Source: an uncultured Treponemataceae bacterium (lineage in GTDB: Bacteria > Spirochaetota > Spirochaetia > Treponematales > Treponemataceae). From it: DNA of 60,180 bases. Below are positions 1 to 9,724 of the stretch, piece by piece. The translations under genes and the position numbers were made by a program. The DNA is taken from the NCBI GenBank assembly GCA_964371295.1, contig CAYJLT010000001.1:1-60180 (forward strand), written 5' to 3'. Position 1 is the stretch's first letter, and each line of letters opens with the position of its first letter. The notes below the pieces were generated by a model. That model saw only the letters and a list, made by a program, of their open reading frames with translations. It was not told the DNA's origin and did no database searches.

Positions 1-30
1 GCCGAAGATTTTAGAGAAGAAATGCTGTAA

Positions 31-924
31 TTAAGATTTTACTGCAATGTCCACTACACTCGCATAGGTGCATTGAAATTTTTTGGGAGAAACATGAACC
101 CTACAAAAGGTTCCTTTATCCCTAAAGTCTTCCATATTTAAAAACAGCACACCTTCTGCAACATGGCTATATTGCTTATGACTATGCCCCGTAAACACTG
201 CATCAACCTTGCCTTTACAGATGTTTACAAAATGCTGCCTTTCGGTAAAATTTGCAAACTGTTGCAACACCGTTCTTCTTGGAATAAAAAAATTACAATG
301 ACTAAAAACAAAAACATGTTTTCTTCTTGTTTCAAGTTGTTGTTCTAACCATTCAAGCTGAAACTTACCCAAAAATCCATTTGCAGAATCGAGCATAATG
401 AGTGTTGTGTCCTCTTTGTCTATTCTGTAAACCGTTTCTCCAACAACATCTTGCCAAGTAGGCCAATTAAATCGGTAAATATCATGATTGCCAATTACTG
501 GATAGCAGGGAATAGGAACCTTTTGCATAACCTCTACAAAATATTCCAGCTCTTCTTTTCCGCCACTTGCAGTAATATCTCCCGTTACAACAATAAAGGC
601 ATCCCCTTTAATAAACGCATGCTGTAAGCTCTCGAGCATTCTCGTGTCATCTTTTTTTAAGTGTATGTCGCTAATAACTACGAAACTATATGTGGACGGC
701 AATGTCCAAATCATTTCTGTGTTAATGGGTAGGCGAGAATTTTCTTCAGCGGTACGATTTGTAAAACGCGTATGCAAAAAAGAAAAGCGCCCAATGTGTA
801 CCGATTTTTTGCTTGCGGCCCTACTAAAGCCCAATTTAAAACGAAGCCCAAAAAGCCTTTTGAAAAATTTTCGCTTAGAAAACTGATGTACTATTCGTGA
901 GTGTTTCATGTACTTTTTTTTCAT
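31..924 (-). CDS. Calcineurin-like metallophosphoesterase
   Basis: 297-aa ORF. Motifs VVISDIHL, VVTGDITASG, GNHD and GHSH occur in the canonical metallophosphoesterase order. The N-terminal ~70 aa are basic. Confidence 0.85.
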   Translation of the reverse strand: MKKKYMKHSRIVHQFSKRKFFKRLFGLRFKLGFSRAASKKSVHIGRFSFLHTRFTNRTAEENSRLPINTEMIWTLPSTYSFVVISDIHLKKDDTRMLESLQHAFIKGDAFIVVTGDITASGGKEELEYFVEVMQKVPIPCYPVIGNHDIYRFNWPTWQDVVGETVYRIDKEDTTLIMLDSANGFLGKFQLEWLEQQLETRRKHVFVFSHCNFFIPRRTVLQQFANFTERQHFVNICKGKVDAVFTGHSHKQYSHVAEGVLFLNMEDFRDKGTFCRVHVSPKKFQCTYASVVDIAVKS

Positions 925-1013
925 AGCTTTACCCTATACAAATACAACACTTCTTTGTAAAAAAAGATACAAAAATTATGTCATTTTTTCGTTTTCTTTG
1001 TCTTTTCCTTCTC

Positions 1014-1042
1014 TTGCAAACAAGGTCTTTTTATGCTAAAAT
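1014..1042 (+). promoter_or_regulatory. Sigma70-type promoter upstream of galE
   Basis: TTGCAA (1014-1019), a 17-nt spacer ending in TGc, then TAAAAT (1037-1042). The predicted ~20-nt leader carries GGAGG at 1056-1060. Confidence 0.5.
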
Positions 1043-1064
1043 AGGAACAGTTTTTGGAGGCTGT

Positions 1065-2030
1065 ATGAAGGTATTAGTAATAGGTGGCGCAGGATATATT
1101 GGAAGTCATGTTGTAAAAGAGCTCATGGCAGATAACCACGAAGTAACGGTATTTGATAATTTTTCTTCAGGATTAAAGCAAAATTTATTTGAAAAAAATG
1201 CCCTTATTGAAGGCGATATATTAAATGTAACAGACCTTGACAACGCTTTTTCAAAAAAATTTGATGCGTTCATACACTTAGCAGCTTTTAAAGCAGCGGG
1301 CGAATCAATGATTGTTCCTGAAAAATATTCTGTAAACAATATTACAGGTACGCTCAATATTTTAAACTCTGCGGTAAAACATGACTGCAAGTACATGGTG
1401 TTTTCTTCTTCGGCAGCAGTTTTTGGTGAACCCCAATACTTACCCATAGACGAAAACCATCCAAAAAACCCAGAGAACTACTACGGCTTTACAAAACTTG
1501 ATATAGAAAGTTATATGGATTGGTACGATAAGCTTAAAGGATTAAAATTCGCATCTCTTCGCTATTTTAATGCGGCAGGTTATGACCCAGATGGAGTTTT
1601 AACAGGTTTGGAGCAAAATCCTGCAAACCTCTTACCTGTAATTATGGAAGTTGCTTGTGGTATGAGAAAAGAACTACAAGTATTTGGACAAGATTACGAC
1701 ACAAGAGATGGAACCTGTATTAGAGACTATGTACATGTTAAAGACCTTGCCATTGCGCATGTTAAAGCCCTTAATGTTATTTCAAAAACCAACGAAAGCC
1801 TAAAAGTAAACCTCGGAAGCGAAGTGGGCATTACGGTTACCGAAATGCTCGAGGCAGCACGGCGCATAACAGGAAAAGAAATTCCTACAAAATATGTAGA
1901 GCGCCGAGCGGGAGATCCTGCTTGTCTTTATGCAACCTCTGCCTTTGCACGAGAAAAGCTCAATTGGAAAGCAGAAAACTCCGATGTTGATACCCTCGTG
2001 CAAACAACCTGGAATGTGTATAATAAGTAG
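1065..2030 (+). CDS. galE: UDP-glucose 4-epimerase
   Basis: N-terminus MKVLVIGGAGYIGSH (Rossmann GxxGxxG), and a YGFTK segment that fits the SDR YxxxK motif. The ORF track begins at 978, but the ATG at 1065 follows GGAGG by 4 nt and matches the usual GalE N-terminus. Confidence 0.93.
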   Translation: MKVLVIGGAGYIGSHVVKELMADNHEVTVFDNFSSGLKQNLFEKNALIEGDILNVTDLDNAFSKKFDAFIHLAAFKAAGESMIVPEKYSVNNITGTLNILNSAVKHDCKYMVFSSSAAVFGEPQYLPIDENHPKNPENYYGFTKLDIESYMDWYDKLKGLKFASLRYFNAAGYDPDGVLTGLEQNPANLLPVIMEVACGMRKELQVFGQDYDTRDGTCIRDYVHVKDLAIAHVKALNVISKTNESLKVNLGSEVGITVTEMLEAARRITGKEIPTKYVERRAGDPACLYATSAFAREKLNWKAENSDVDTLVQTTWNVYNK

Positions 2031-2035
2031 GAAAA

Positions 2036-3262
2036 ATGGAAAACTTTGATACAATACTTTCATTCATTGAAAAAAGCAAAGATACTATTATTGATTTACA
2101 AACAACACTCACCGCAAAAATCGCAATCGCCCCAGAAAGCGGTGGAGATGGCGAGCTTGAAAAAGTTCTTGCCTTAGAAGAATGGCTAAAGGCGAATAAC
2201 ATTACTACCTTAGAGCGCTTTGATGCGCCCGATTCACGCGTATCGAGCGGCATTCGCCCAAATCTCGTTGCGACAATTGAAGGCGAAAGTGATAAAAAAA
2301 CTATTTGGATTATGTCGCACACCGATGTTGTTCCAGAAGGTGAACTTGCACAGTGGGACAATAGCCCTTGGAAAGTAGTGGAAAAAAATGGAAAGCTCTA
2401 TGGAAGAGGCGTAGAAGATAACCAACAAGGCTTGGTTTCAAGTATTGTTGCTGCCCTTGCCTTTTTAAAACATAACATAAAGCCTGCTTTTACAGTAAAA
2501 CTTCTTTTTGTTGCAGATGAAGAGGTTGGCTCAGCTTATGGTATTCAGTACCTTTTGCGAGAACACAATTTATTCCGAAAACAAGACCTCATTATTATTC
2601 CAGATGCAGGGGATTCAACGGGTCAAACAATAGAAGTTGCAGAAAAAACGGGCTTTCCTTTAAAATTTATTGTAAAAGGCCAACAAGTCCACGGTTCTCG
2701 CCCAGACCTGGGGTCTAATGCGTGCATAGCAGCCTCAGCCCTTTCACTTCGTTTACATGACTTAGAAAATTTCTTTAACAAAACTGATGATATTTTTGAA
2801 TCGAACTATTCAACCTTTCAGCCAACAAAAAGAGAAGCTAATGTTCCAAATATAAACACAATCCCAGGAGAGGATGTTTTTTACATGGACTGTAGAATAC
2901 TTCCCTGCTATGAGCTTGAAGACATTCGAAAAGAAATCACAAAGCGAATAAGTGAAGTAGAAAAACAATACAATGTTCGCATTACGTGTGAAGAAGAGAG
3001 AACAAAAAAAACTCCACCAACACCCGTTGATGCACCCGTTGTAATTGAACTAACAAGGGCTATAAAAGAGTTACGTGGAATCACGGCTCGTCCAATAGGA
3101 ATAGGCGGTGGAACCGTTGGAGCATTTCTTCGATTGGAAGGATATAATGCAGTTGTTTGGGCAACTTTTGAAGAAACAGCACACATGCCAAATGAAAATT
3201 CGTCAATAAAAAACACAATAGAAGATGCAAAGGTATTTGCATACATTTTTGGAGGTCAATAA
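2036..3262 (+). CDS. M20-family metallohydrolase (ArgE/DapE-like deacylase or dipeptidase)
   Basis: 408 aa with SHTDVVPEG, ADEEVGS and a C-terminal HMPNE motif typical of M20 peptidases. It starts 5 nt after the galE stop. Confidence 0.85.
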   Translation: MENFDTILSFIEKSKDTIIDLQTTLTAKIAIAPESGGDGELEKVLALEEWLKANNITTLERFDAPDSRVSSGIRPNLVATIEGESDKKTIWIMSHTDVVPEGELAQWDNSPWKVVEKNGKLYGRGVEDNQQGLVSSIVAALAFLKHNIKPAFTVKLLFVADEEVGSAYGIQYLLREHNLFRKQDLIIIPDAGDSTGQTIEVAEKTGFPLKFIVKGQQVHGSRPDLGSNACIAASALSLRLHDLENFFNKTDDIFESNYSTFQPTKREANVPNINTIPGEDVFYMDCRILPCYELEDIRKEITKRISEVEKQYNVRITCEEERTKKTPPTPVDAPVVIELTRAIKELRGITARPIGIGGGTVGAFLRLEGYNAVVWATFEETAHMPNENSSIKNTIEDAKVFAYIFGGQ

Positions 3263-3263
3263 A

Positions 3264-3866
3264 ATGAAAACAGTAAAAATTTTAAGTCTTTTGTGCCTAA
3301 CAGCACTCGTAGTTAGTTGTGCATCAACAAAGGTAGAACGCATTGATGCAGAAACTCAAACTGATTTAAGCGGGTATTGGAATGACACCGATGTAAGGCT
3401 CGTTGCAAACTCGCTCGTTGAAGAATGCGTTGCAGCCCCTGCGATTACCAACTATATCCAGAACAATGGAGAGCTACCAGTTGTTATTGTAGGTACATTT
3501 AGCAATCAAAGTGATGAGCACTTGGATACATCTATTCTTTCTCAAAAATTTGAAGCAGCACTTATAAACAGTGGAAGAGTAGAGTTTGTTGCAGATGCAA
3601 GTCAACGCGATGAAATCAGGCAAGAGCGACTTGAACAACAAGAATGGGCAAGCGAAGAAACTGCAAGCAGATTAGCAAATGAAACAGGCGCAGACTTTAT
3701 GCTCGTTGGCTCTGTAAAAACAATTGTAGATGCCATAGATAACGAAGCAACAAGAACTTATTATGTAACAGCTGAACTCATTGCTATCGAAACAAACCGC
3801 AAGCTTTGGGTAGGTGAAAACTCAGAAATTAAAAAGTTTATTACAAACCCTAAAACACGATTTTAA
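3264..3866 (+). CDS. LpoB-like (COG3417-type) lipoprotein
   Basis: The ATG at 3264 follows GGAGG. Signal peptide with lipobox LVVSC. The body (SGYWNDTDVRLVANSLVEEC, VVIVGTFSNQSDEHLD, FMLVGSV) resembles the penicillin-binding-protein-activator LpoB/YcfM family. Confidence 0.7.
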   Translation: MKTVKILSLLCLTALVVSCASTKVERIDAETQTDLSGYWNDTDVRLVANSLVEECVAAPAITNYIQNNGELPVVIVGTFSNQSDEHLDTSILSQKFEAALINSGRVEFVADASQRDEIRQERLEQQEWASEETASRLANETGADFMLVGSVKTIVDAIDNEATRTYYVTAELIAIETNRKLWVGENSEIKKFITNPKTRF

Positions 3867-3869
3867 TGT

Positions 3870-5276
3870 ATGTTTACACAATTGAGAAACAATAAAAACC
3901 ATTTCTCATCAACTCAAAGCCATTTTCTCCCTGGAAAATGGCTTAATATTTCTTTATCAATTATTTTTTGTGTATCTCTTTTTATACTAATCTCTTGTGC
4001 GTCTACGAGAGACTTTGAAAGCATCGATACACAAGTCGGTCAAGGGGACTTTTCAACAGCGTACATCTCGTTAGAGTCTCAAAAAGGAACCCTTTATAAA
4101 CAAACTGATAAAGTATTATATGCTTTAGACTCAGGTATGCTTTCAAGGTATAATGGTGATTATGTAATATCAAATGAGCATCTTTCTAATGCAGAACAAC
4201 TTATTCAAGAATATTTTGCAATAAGCATAACTCAAACAATTGGTTCATATGTACTTAATGATACTATAGTAGATTATGCAGGAGAAGACTTTGAAGATAT
4301 TTACACAAACCTCTTCATGGCGCTCAATTACATTCAGCTTGGAAACACAGAGGGAGCCTTTGTAGAAATTAGGCGCTTTAATAATAAGCTACAGCTACTA
4401 TCAACAAAATATGCACCAGCTTTAGAACAAGCTCGTGCGCAAACACAACGAGAGGGCTATAACGCTGACTCTCTTTTGCCATCTGGACAATCCTTTGAAA
4501 CTATGGAGTTTTATGACTCAGCCTTTGCGCGATATGTAAGCCTTCTGTTGTACCGCTCTATTGGAAGAATGGACTCTGCGCAAATTGATAAAAACTTTAT
4601 AGAAAAAGCATTTACAAACCAAGCCCAACTTTATCCTTTTCCCGTTCCAAAAGCAGTTCAAGATGAGTTCTCTATCCCAACTGACAAAGAGCGGCTCAAT
4701 ATTTTTTGTTATACGGGTACAGCCCCCGAAAAGCGAGAAGAAACAGTGAGGCTCCCAGGCCTAATTGACGATACATGGTTTAAACTAGCACTCCCTATTA
4801 TGGAAAAAAACTCCTCCCGAGTATCGGCAATTCACATACAAGCAACAGATGAAGATAAAAATATTTATACAGGAAATCTTCAAGTCATAGAAAGTGTAGA
4901 AAACATAGCAGTTGATACATTTCAACAAAGACAAGGTCTAATATACCTAAAAACAATCCTCCGCGCAATATCAAAAACTGCCGTAAATGCGGGCGTTACA
5001 AGCGCGATGCAACAAAGTGACGCAGCGCAGTGGGCTTCTTTGTTTAATATTTTTGCAAACCTATTTACTGAATTTTCTGAACAGGCAGATATACGATCTT
5101 CAAAATACTTCCCAGCTCTTGTTTGGGTAGGCGGAATAAACTTAGATGAGGGCTTGTATGACGTTAAGATTACGTGCTATGATGCACGTAATAATATTCT
5201 ATATCAACAAATTAGTGAAAAAGTAACAGTTACATCAAATAACGTAAATCTAGTGGAGGCTGTATGTTTACAATGA
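3870..5276 (+). CDS. Helical-repeat (TPR-like) lipoprotein of unknown function, COG3014-like
   Basis: 468 aa with lipobox LILISC. TPR-like helical segments (YALDSGMLSRYNGDY, NLFMALNYIQLGNTEGA, FARYVSLLLY). It starts 3 nt after the preceding stop. Confidence 0.55.
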   Translation: MFTQLRNNKNHFSSTQSHFLPGKWLNISLSIIFCVSLFILISCASTRDFESIDTQVGQGDFSTAYISLESQKGTLYKQTDKVLYALDSGMLSRYNGDYVISNEHLSNAEQLIQEYFAISITQTIGSYVLNDTIVDYAGEDFEDIYTNLFMALNYIQLGNTEGAFVEIRRFNNKLQLLSTKYAPALEQARAQTQREGYNADSLLPSGQSFETMEFYDSAFARYVSLLLYRSIGRMDSAQIDKNFIEKAFTNQAQLYPFPVPKAVQDEFSIPTDKERLNIFCYTGTAPEKREETVRLPGLIDDTWFKLALPIMEKNSSRVSAIHIQATDEDKNIYTGNLQVIESVENIAVDTFQQRQGLIYLKTILRAISKTAVNAGVTSAMQQSDAAQWASLFNIFANLFTEFSEQADIRSSKYFPALVWVGGINLDEGLYDVKITCYDARNNILYQQISEKVTVTSNNVNLVEAVCLQ

Positions 5277-6313
5277 AAAAAAACAAAATTAAATTAGGCG
5301 CACTTTGTGTTTTATGTGTTAGCTTAGCCTTTTCGTGCACAAGCACATCGTCTACAAACACAAGCGCTCCTTCTTGGGTTACCGATGTACATGCAGAATA
5401 TGCAGAGTCTAATTATCTTGGAGCTGTAGGACACGCACAAGATCGCTCGACTGCAGAGGCAGAAGCAGTTGCAAATGTAAGCAAGATAATAAGCCAACGT
5501 GTTCAAGCCGAAAGCACAGCAACGCAAAGCTTTGAAAACAATCTAACAGATCTTAATAGAAGTTATGAAACAACAGTCACAACAAGTTCTGTTCTTGATG
5601 AGATTATAGGTATAAAAATACAAGAGGTATGGACGGCTAAAGATAATACCGTATATGCCCTAGCTCTTATAGATAGAAGTGAAGTCGGGGGCTTCTATGC
5701 GCAAAAAATAAGAGAAAATGAAGATGCCATTAACGGATTATTAAATTTTATGATAGATAACGAAGCAACTTTTGAAGGTGTTGGAGCTGCCCAAAACGCA
5801 CTAGCCATTGCCCTTGAAAATGATGCATATCTAAAGCTTCTTTCTATAATAAATCCTGCAATGTTTAAGTCAATTGATTTAGCGTACAAAAGCTCCAATG
5901 CCATTTCTGTCCTCATTCAATTAGAAAAAGAAAAAATATATATTGGTGTAAATGTTTCAGGCGATGTTGACAGACGAGTTTCAACTGCACTTAGCAACGC
6001 CTTCAAAAGCGTTGGATTTAAAAGTGAAAGTCTAACAGCACCTCGAAATCCTACCTCAAGTATGCCTTATATCTTGTATGGTGAACTCTTAATTTCGCCT
6101 TTTGAAATGTCTTCAAGTCAAAATAATAAGTATGTGCGATTTACATTAAACACAGAACTCGTTGATATTAAAAACAAAACCTTTTTACCATGGGGCTTAA
6201 CTGGGCGTGAAGCACATCTTACAGAAGATGAAGCAGCTCAAAGAGCGCTTCGCACCATAGAGGAAGAAATAAAAAAAGAATACGCAAAGGAACTACAAAA
6301 CCTTAGCTCTTAA
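5264..6313 (+). CDS. LPP20-family lipoprotein, long form
   Basis: Lipobox LAFSC. The N-terminal segment YLGAVGHAQDRSTAEAEAVANVSKIISQRV resembles the LPP20 lipoprotein family. GGAGG at 5255-5259 favours the ATG at 5264. An alternative ATG at 5273 overlaps the upstream stop as ATGA. Confidence 0.65.
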   Translation: MFTMKKNKIKLGALCVLCVSLAFSCTSTSSTNTSAPSWVTDVHAEYAESNYLGAVGHAQDRSTAEAEAVANVSKIISQRVQAESTATQSFENNLTDLNRSYETTVTTSSVLDEIIGIKIQEVWTAKDNTVYALALIDRSEVGGFYAQKIRENEDAINGLLNFMIDNEATFEGVGAAQNALAIALENDAYLKLLSIINPAMFKSIDLAYKSSNAISVLIQLEKEKIYIGVNVSGDVDRRVSTALSNAFKSVGFKSESLTAPRNPTSSMPYILYGELLISPFEMSSSQNNKYVRFTLNTELVDIKNKTFLPWGLTGREAHLTEDEAAQRALRTIEEEIKKEYAKELQNLSS

Positions 6314-6320
6314 AAACAAA

Positions 6321-6342
6321 GCCCTCAAGAATTCTTGAGGGC
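6321..6342. terminator. Hairpin between convergent genes
   Basis: Perfect 22-nt palindrome GCCCTCAAGAATTCTTGAGGGC. A U-rich tract (TTTGTTTTTA) follows only on the minus-strand transcript, so it best fits termination of the radical SAM transcript. Confidence 0.6.
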
Positions 6343-6373
6343 AAAGTGCGCAATCTCTTTCACAGACATTATT

Positions 6374-8038
6374 TTAATCATCAAAAATTATTGTATATAT
6401 CTCGCCAGTTCTTTTTTCAACTTCTTTACTCACCTCAACCGTACAGGAAAAGGCTTCTGCATGCTTAACAAAATATTTTGGATCTTGACTGTACGGACTT
6501 AATAGGTCATCAGGGTGGTAGTTAAGATGTACCGTCGACTCTGTTCCTTCTGCAATGTACCTAGATACTGCAGCATTTAAATCGATAATATCAAGCGAAA
6601 ACCGAATGAGATGTTTTACATTTGCCTTTGTATAGAGCCCTTTTATAAAATCTTTTTGTAATAAAACTATGTCATCAAACGAAAGGTTTTTATCCTTAGT
6701 TATGCCATTTGTCTTTATAAAACTCATAAATTCAATTATAATTTGCGAAGGCCTTTTTTGTAGTGGCTTTATTAAAGATAAAAACCATGGCACCGCCCTT
6801 CCTTGAGTATAGAAAAGAGATGCAGCAAAAGAAAAAGTTTTAGCTTTTTCAATGTCGCTTTTTGAAAAAATTGGTGTATCTAGTACTAAATAAGGTGCTT
6901 CTTTCATAAAAGAAAGCCTTAATTCCTCTGCCCTATCAAAAAGGTCTGTGCCAGGTAAAACTGCTAGTTGAAATATTTCAATATGGTTAGGATAGAGCTC
7001 TAATGCAAAGTCAATGCTTTTTAAAAATGATTCGTAGGTTTCTCCTGGCAAGCCATAAATTACATCAAAACCAAAAACAACCCCGGCATCATTTAACATG
7101 GCTATATTTCTGATAAAATCTTTTTTGTTAAACGGCCTATTTACTAATGATAAAACTTTTTCATTAGAAGACTGAAGTCCTATTTGAAGAGAGCACAAAA
7201 TTTTTGAAAAAGCTTGTACGAGGGATTTGTCTAAAAGCTCTGCCCTGCATTCAAAATGAAAAAAAATATCAGGAGCTTTTTTTTCAATGTATCTAAGTAA
7301 GTCAAGCGCCCTGTTTTTTTCTACATTATAGGTGGGATCTAAAACAAATACTTGTGCAATATCTGATGCAACAAAGTAATCTAGTTCTTCATATAGCCGT
7401 TTTTTAGGAAAATAGCGTACTTGTTTTTCACCTTTTGACTCATAACAATAGGAGCAAGAGTAGGGGCACCCCCGTGCAAGCTCCCACAGAGCCCCTGAAT
7501 ATTTTGCTGCATCAAGTGTCCCATCTACATATGGTGAAGACAACATTTCAAGATTGCATGGATTTGCAAACTGTACTTTTTCTGTTGGCTTTTTACCCTC
7601 ATCGAAAAAATTTTTTATAACGACGCTTGTTGCATCTTCCCCTTCTCCACATATTACACAATCAAACACCATTTCTTTAGCTTTTTGAAAAAAGTTTGCT
7701 TGTGCGGTAATTTCTGGTCCCCCAGCAAGCAAAAGGGTATCGGGGCACTTTTTTCTCACTATCTTGGCAGCCTCGAAAAGGGCATGCCTGTTCCAAACAT
7801 ACACAGAAAAGCATACAACAGGGGCCTTTTTTTCAATTATTTCAGCAGCAATTACTTCTGCCTGTTTTTCAAAAGGCTTGTTTTTGAGAGACTCTTGCTC
7901 CGGCGAAAAATCAATTATTTCAACACTCACATCTTGCATGGAGTTTTTTATTGCGGAAGCCACACAAGCTACGCCTAAAGGGAGCGCTTGTGGAGAGGTT
8001 TCTACAAGAAGTGTTGTACATAGTACATGTTTCTTCAT
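6374..8038 (-). CDS. Cobalamin-binding-domain radical SAM protein (class B, DUF4080-like C-terminus)
   Basis: 554 aa. CxxxCxxC in GCPYSCSYC. The N-terminal ~150 aa resemble a B12-binding Rossmann-like domain, and a ~150-aa C-terminal extension follows. Substrate unknown. Confidence 0.85.
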   Translation of the reverse strand: MKKHVLCTTLLVETSPQALPLGVACVASAIKNSMQDVSVEIIDFSPEQESLKNKPFEKQAEVIAAEIIEKKAPVVCFSVYVWNRHALFEAAKIVRKKCPDTLLLAGGPEITAQANFFQKAKEMVFDCVICGEGEDATSVVIKNFFDEGKKPTEKVQFANPCNLEMLSSPYVDGTLDAAKYSGALWELARGCPYSCSYCYESKGEKQVRYFPKKRLYEELDYFVASDIAQVFVLDPTYNVEKNRALDLLRYIEKKAPDIFFHFECRAELLDKSLVQAFSKILCSLQIGLQSSNEKVLSLVNRPFNKKDFIRNIAMLNDAGVVFGFDVIYGLPGETYESFLKSIDFALELYPNHIEIFQLAVLPGTDLFDRAEELRLSFMKEAPYLVLDTPIFSKSDIEKAKTFSFAASLFYTQGRAVPWFLSLIKPLQKRPSQIIIEFMSFIKTNGITKDKNLSFDDIVLLQKDFIKGLYTKANVKHLIRFSLDIIDLNAAVSRYIAEGTESTVHLNYHPDDLLSPYSQDPKYFVKHAEAFSCTVEVSKEVEKRTGEIYTIIFDD

Positions 8039-8050
8039 AGGTTATTTACG

Positions 8051-9709
8051 CTATTCTTGACTAAATTCTGTATTATCAAAGAAAATCACTTTAATTATGC
8101 CCTCATCTGTTTCATAATAGGAAATAGTTACGTCATCGTCTACTTGGCTCAGAGATAATTCGACGCTAAGCTCTTGTGGGGCATAAAATATCTTGTTTTC
8201 GATTCCCTCAAGAATGAAGTTATAATTCTGTCCAAAGTCCCCTGTTTCAGATGCAATACGCAAAATATTTCCGCTAACTACTATTTCTTCACCGCTTTCT
8301 TCAACAAAGCTATTGGTAGCCCCTATGTCACTATTATAATCTCGTAACGCTTCTGTAATAGTATCGCCGGTTCCCACCAATGTTACATTTTCAACAGAAA
8401 CAAAGGCGTACTGTTTTATAAGACCTGAATTGTCTTTTAAAGTAATAAAATAAGTTGGTATACCGTTGTGATTAATAATAATAGGGGATGTTGCAAAGTA
8501 CCCAAATTGTTGAACCGCTCCTTGTGCAGAAAGCATTGCAGCATATTCTGTTGCACCACTAATTCTGTATAGTTTTGATTCCTTTGTTACCATATCTACC
8601 ATTAAAAACCCAATAGCAGATTCATCAGCGCCAACAGAGGTTAAGCCTGTAAACAGAAAACAGTTTCCTTCTTGGTATACAATTGCCATTTGGCTGCTCG
8701 ACATAAACTTATCTCTATTAGAAAAATTAAATATACCATGCACATATTGTCCTTGGTTGTTTATTTGATTTATTATATACTCTTCTGGCTGTACACGGTC
8801 TACCCAAGACGGTATATCGCTCATACTGTATTCTGCAATGTCACCTGTTGTTGCATTTAAAGTAATAACACCGGTTGCCTCAGGAAGTGAAAAGAGCCAG
8901 CGGTTCTCATAGAGCGTAATTATCCAATACGCATCTCCGTCATCAGATATTTCAAAAGAATAATCTGTTAAACCACTAAATAATTGCCCTTTCAAAAGCC
9001 TAACATATCTATTAATATCATCAAAAAAATACGAATTGGGTTGGTACTTAATAGGAGTGTTTACTAATTCTATATCTTGTAAATCTGTTGCAGAAACCTT
9101 TATATATCCTCGAGCACCAGACATATTACTAAACCACATAAAAAAACCTGAGTGATGAAGCGGTACAGCCCATACAAGCTCTCCGTTTATTTGTTGTATT
9201 ACTGGCTCACCGACAAATACTTGAGAGCCAAGACCAGGGTCTTCACCGAGCTTTCTATCTGCGAGAGTTCTTGCCAAAACTTTATCTACAATAGGCACTT
9301 GGCTCAAATCAACCAATTGAACATCATCTGAAAAATCTGTTAAAACGCTTTCACCAAACTGATCTCTATACGCCCTATAATTAAAAAGTGCCATAGAAGC
9401 AATAGAAACGAGAAAAAAAGATACCCAAATAATTGCCAGCACAATTACTCTCTTTTTTGCCCTTTTTACCATCGGTCTAATATCTATTTTTTCCTGCCCC
9501 GAAGAAATAGCTACTAGGTTTAATCCTCGCACTACTTCTAAAGAATTTATAACGAGATATGATGTTATTACAATAAGCAATGTCCATGCACTTGAAGCAT
9601 AGGAAAGATTTATAGCTATTGGTTTTACAATATATGCTATTGCCCAAAAAAGTGTTAAAAGAATATTAAGGCTTCCTTTACTCCGTAAAATTCGCTGTTT
9701 TAATGTCAT
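8051..9709 (-). CDS. Membrane-anchored protein with large extracytoplasmic domain, unknown function
   Basis: 552 aa with three predicted N-terminal TM segments, then ~430 aa of mostly beta-type sequence. I recognise no motif. It ends 12 nt before the radical SAM start. Confidence 0.7.
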   Translation of the reverse strand: MTLKQRILRSKGSLNILLTLFWAIAYIVKPIAINLSYASSAWTLLIVITSYLVINSLEVVRGLNLVAISSGQEKIDIRPMVKRAKKRVIVLAIIWVSFFLVSIASMALFNYRAYRDQFGESVLTDFSDDVQLVDLSQVPIVDKVLARTLADRKLGEDPGLGSQVFVGEPVIQQINGELVWAVPLHHSGFFMWFSNMSGARGYIKVSATDLQDIELVNTPIKYQPNSYFFDDINRYVRLLKGQLFSGLTDYSFEISDDGDAYWIITLYENRWLFSLPEATGVITLNATTGDIAEYSMSDIPSWVDRVQPEEYIINQINNQGQYVHGIFNFSNRDKFMSSSQMAIVYQEGNCFLFTGLTSVGADESAIGFLMVDMVTKESKLYRISGATEYAAMLSAQGAVQQFGYFATSPIIINHNGIPTYFITLKDNSGLIKQYAFVSVENVTLVGTGDTITEALRDYNSDIGATNSFVEESGEEIVVSGNILRIASETGDFGQNYNFILEGIENKIFYAPQELSVELSLSQVDDDVTISYYETDEGIIKVIFFDNTEFSQE

Positions 9710-9724
9710 TTTATTATCCTTTGT

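Noticed and set aside
978-1064. N-terminal extensions in the ORF track: galE from 978, the binding protein from 12183, metA from 48282, glgP from 21861, the esterase from 48193 and the FAD oxidoreductase from 55647.
   Set aside because: The internal starts coincide with canonical family N-termini and with an SD or an abutting promoter. The extensions are hydrophobic or low-complexity and would place promoters inside coding sequence.
5276-5283. A8/T8 homopolymer tracts at the 5' ends of genes (5276-5283, 16406-16413, 914-921) as slipped-strand phase-variation switches.
   Set aside because: They are the AAA AAA AA(G/C) codons of ordinary MKKK signal-peptide N-termini in an AT-rich genome. Tracts of 8 nt are short for efficient slippage and appear in unrelated genes.
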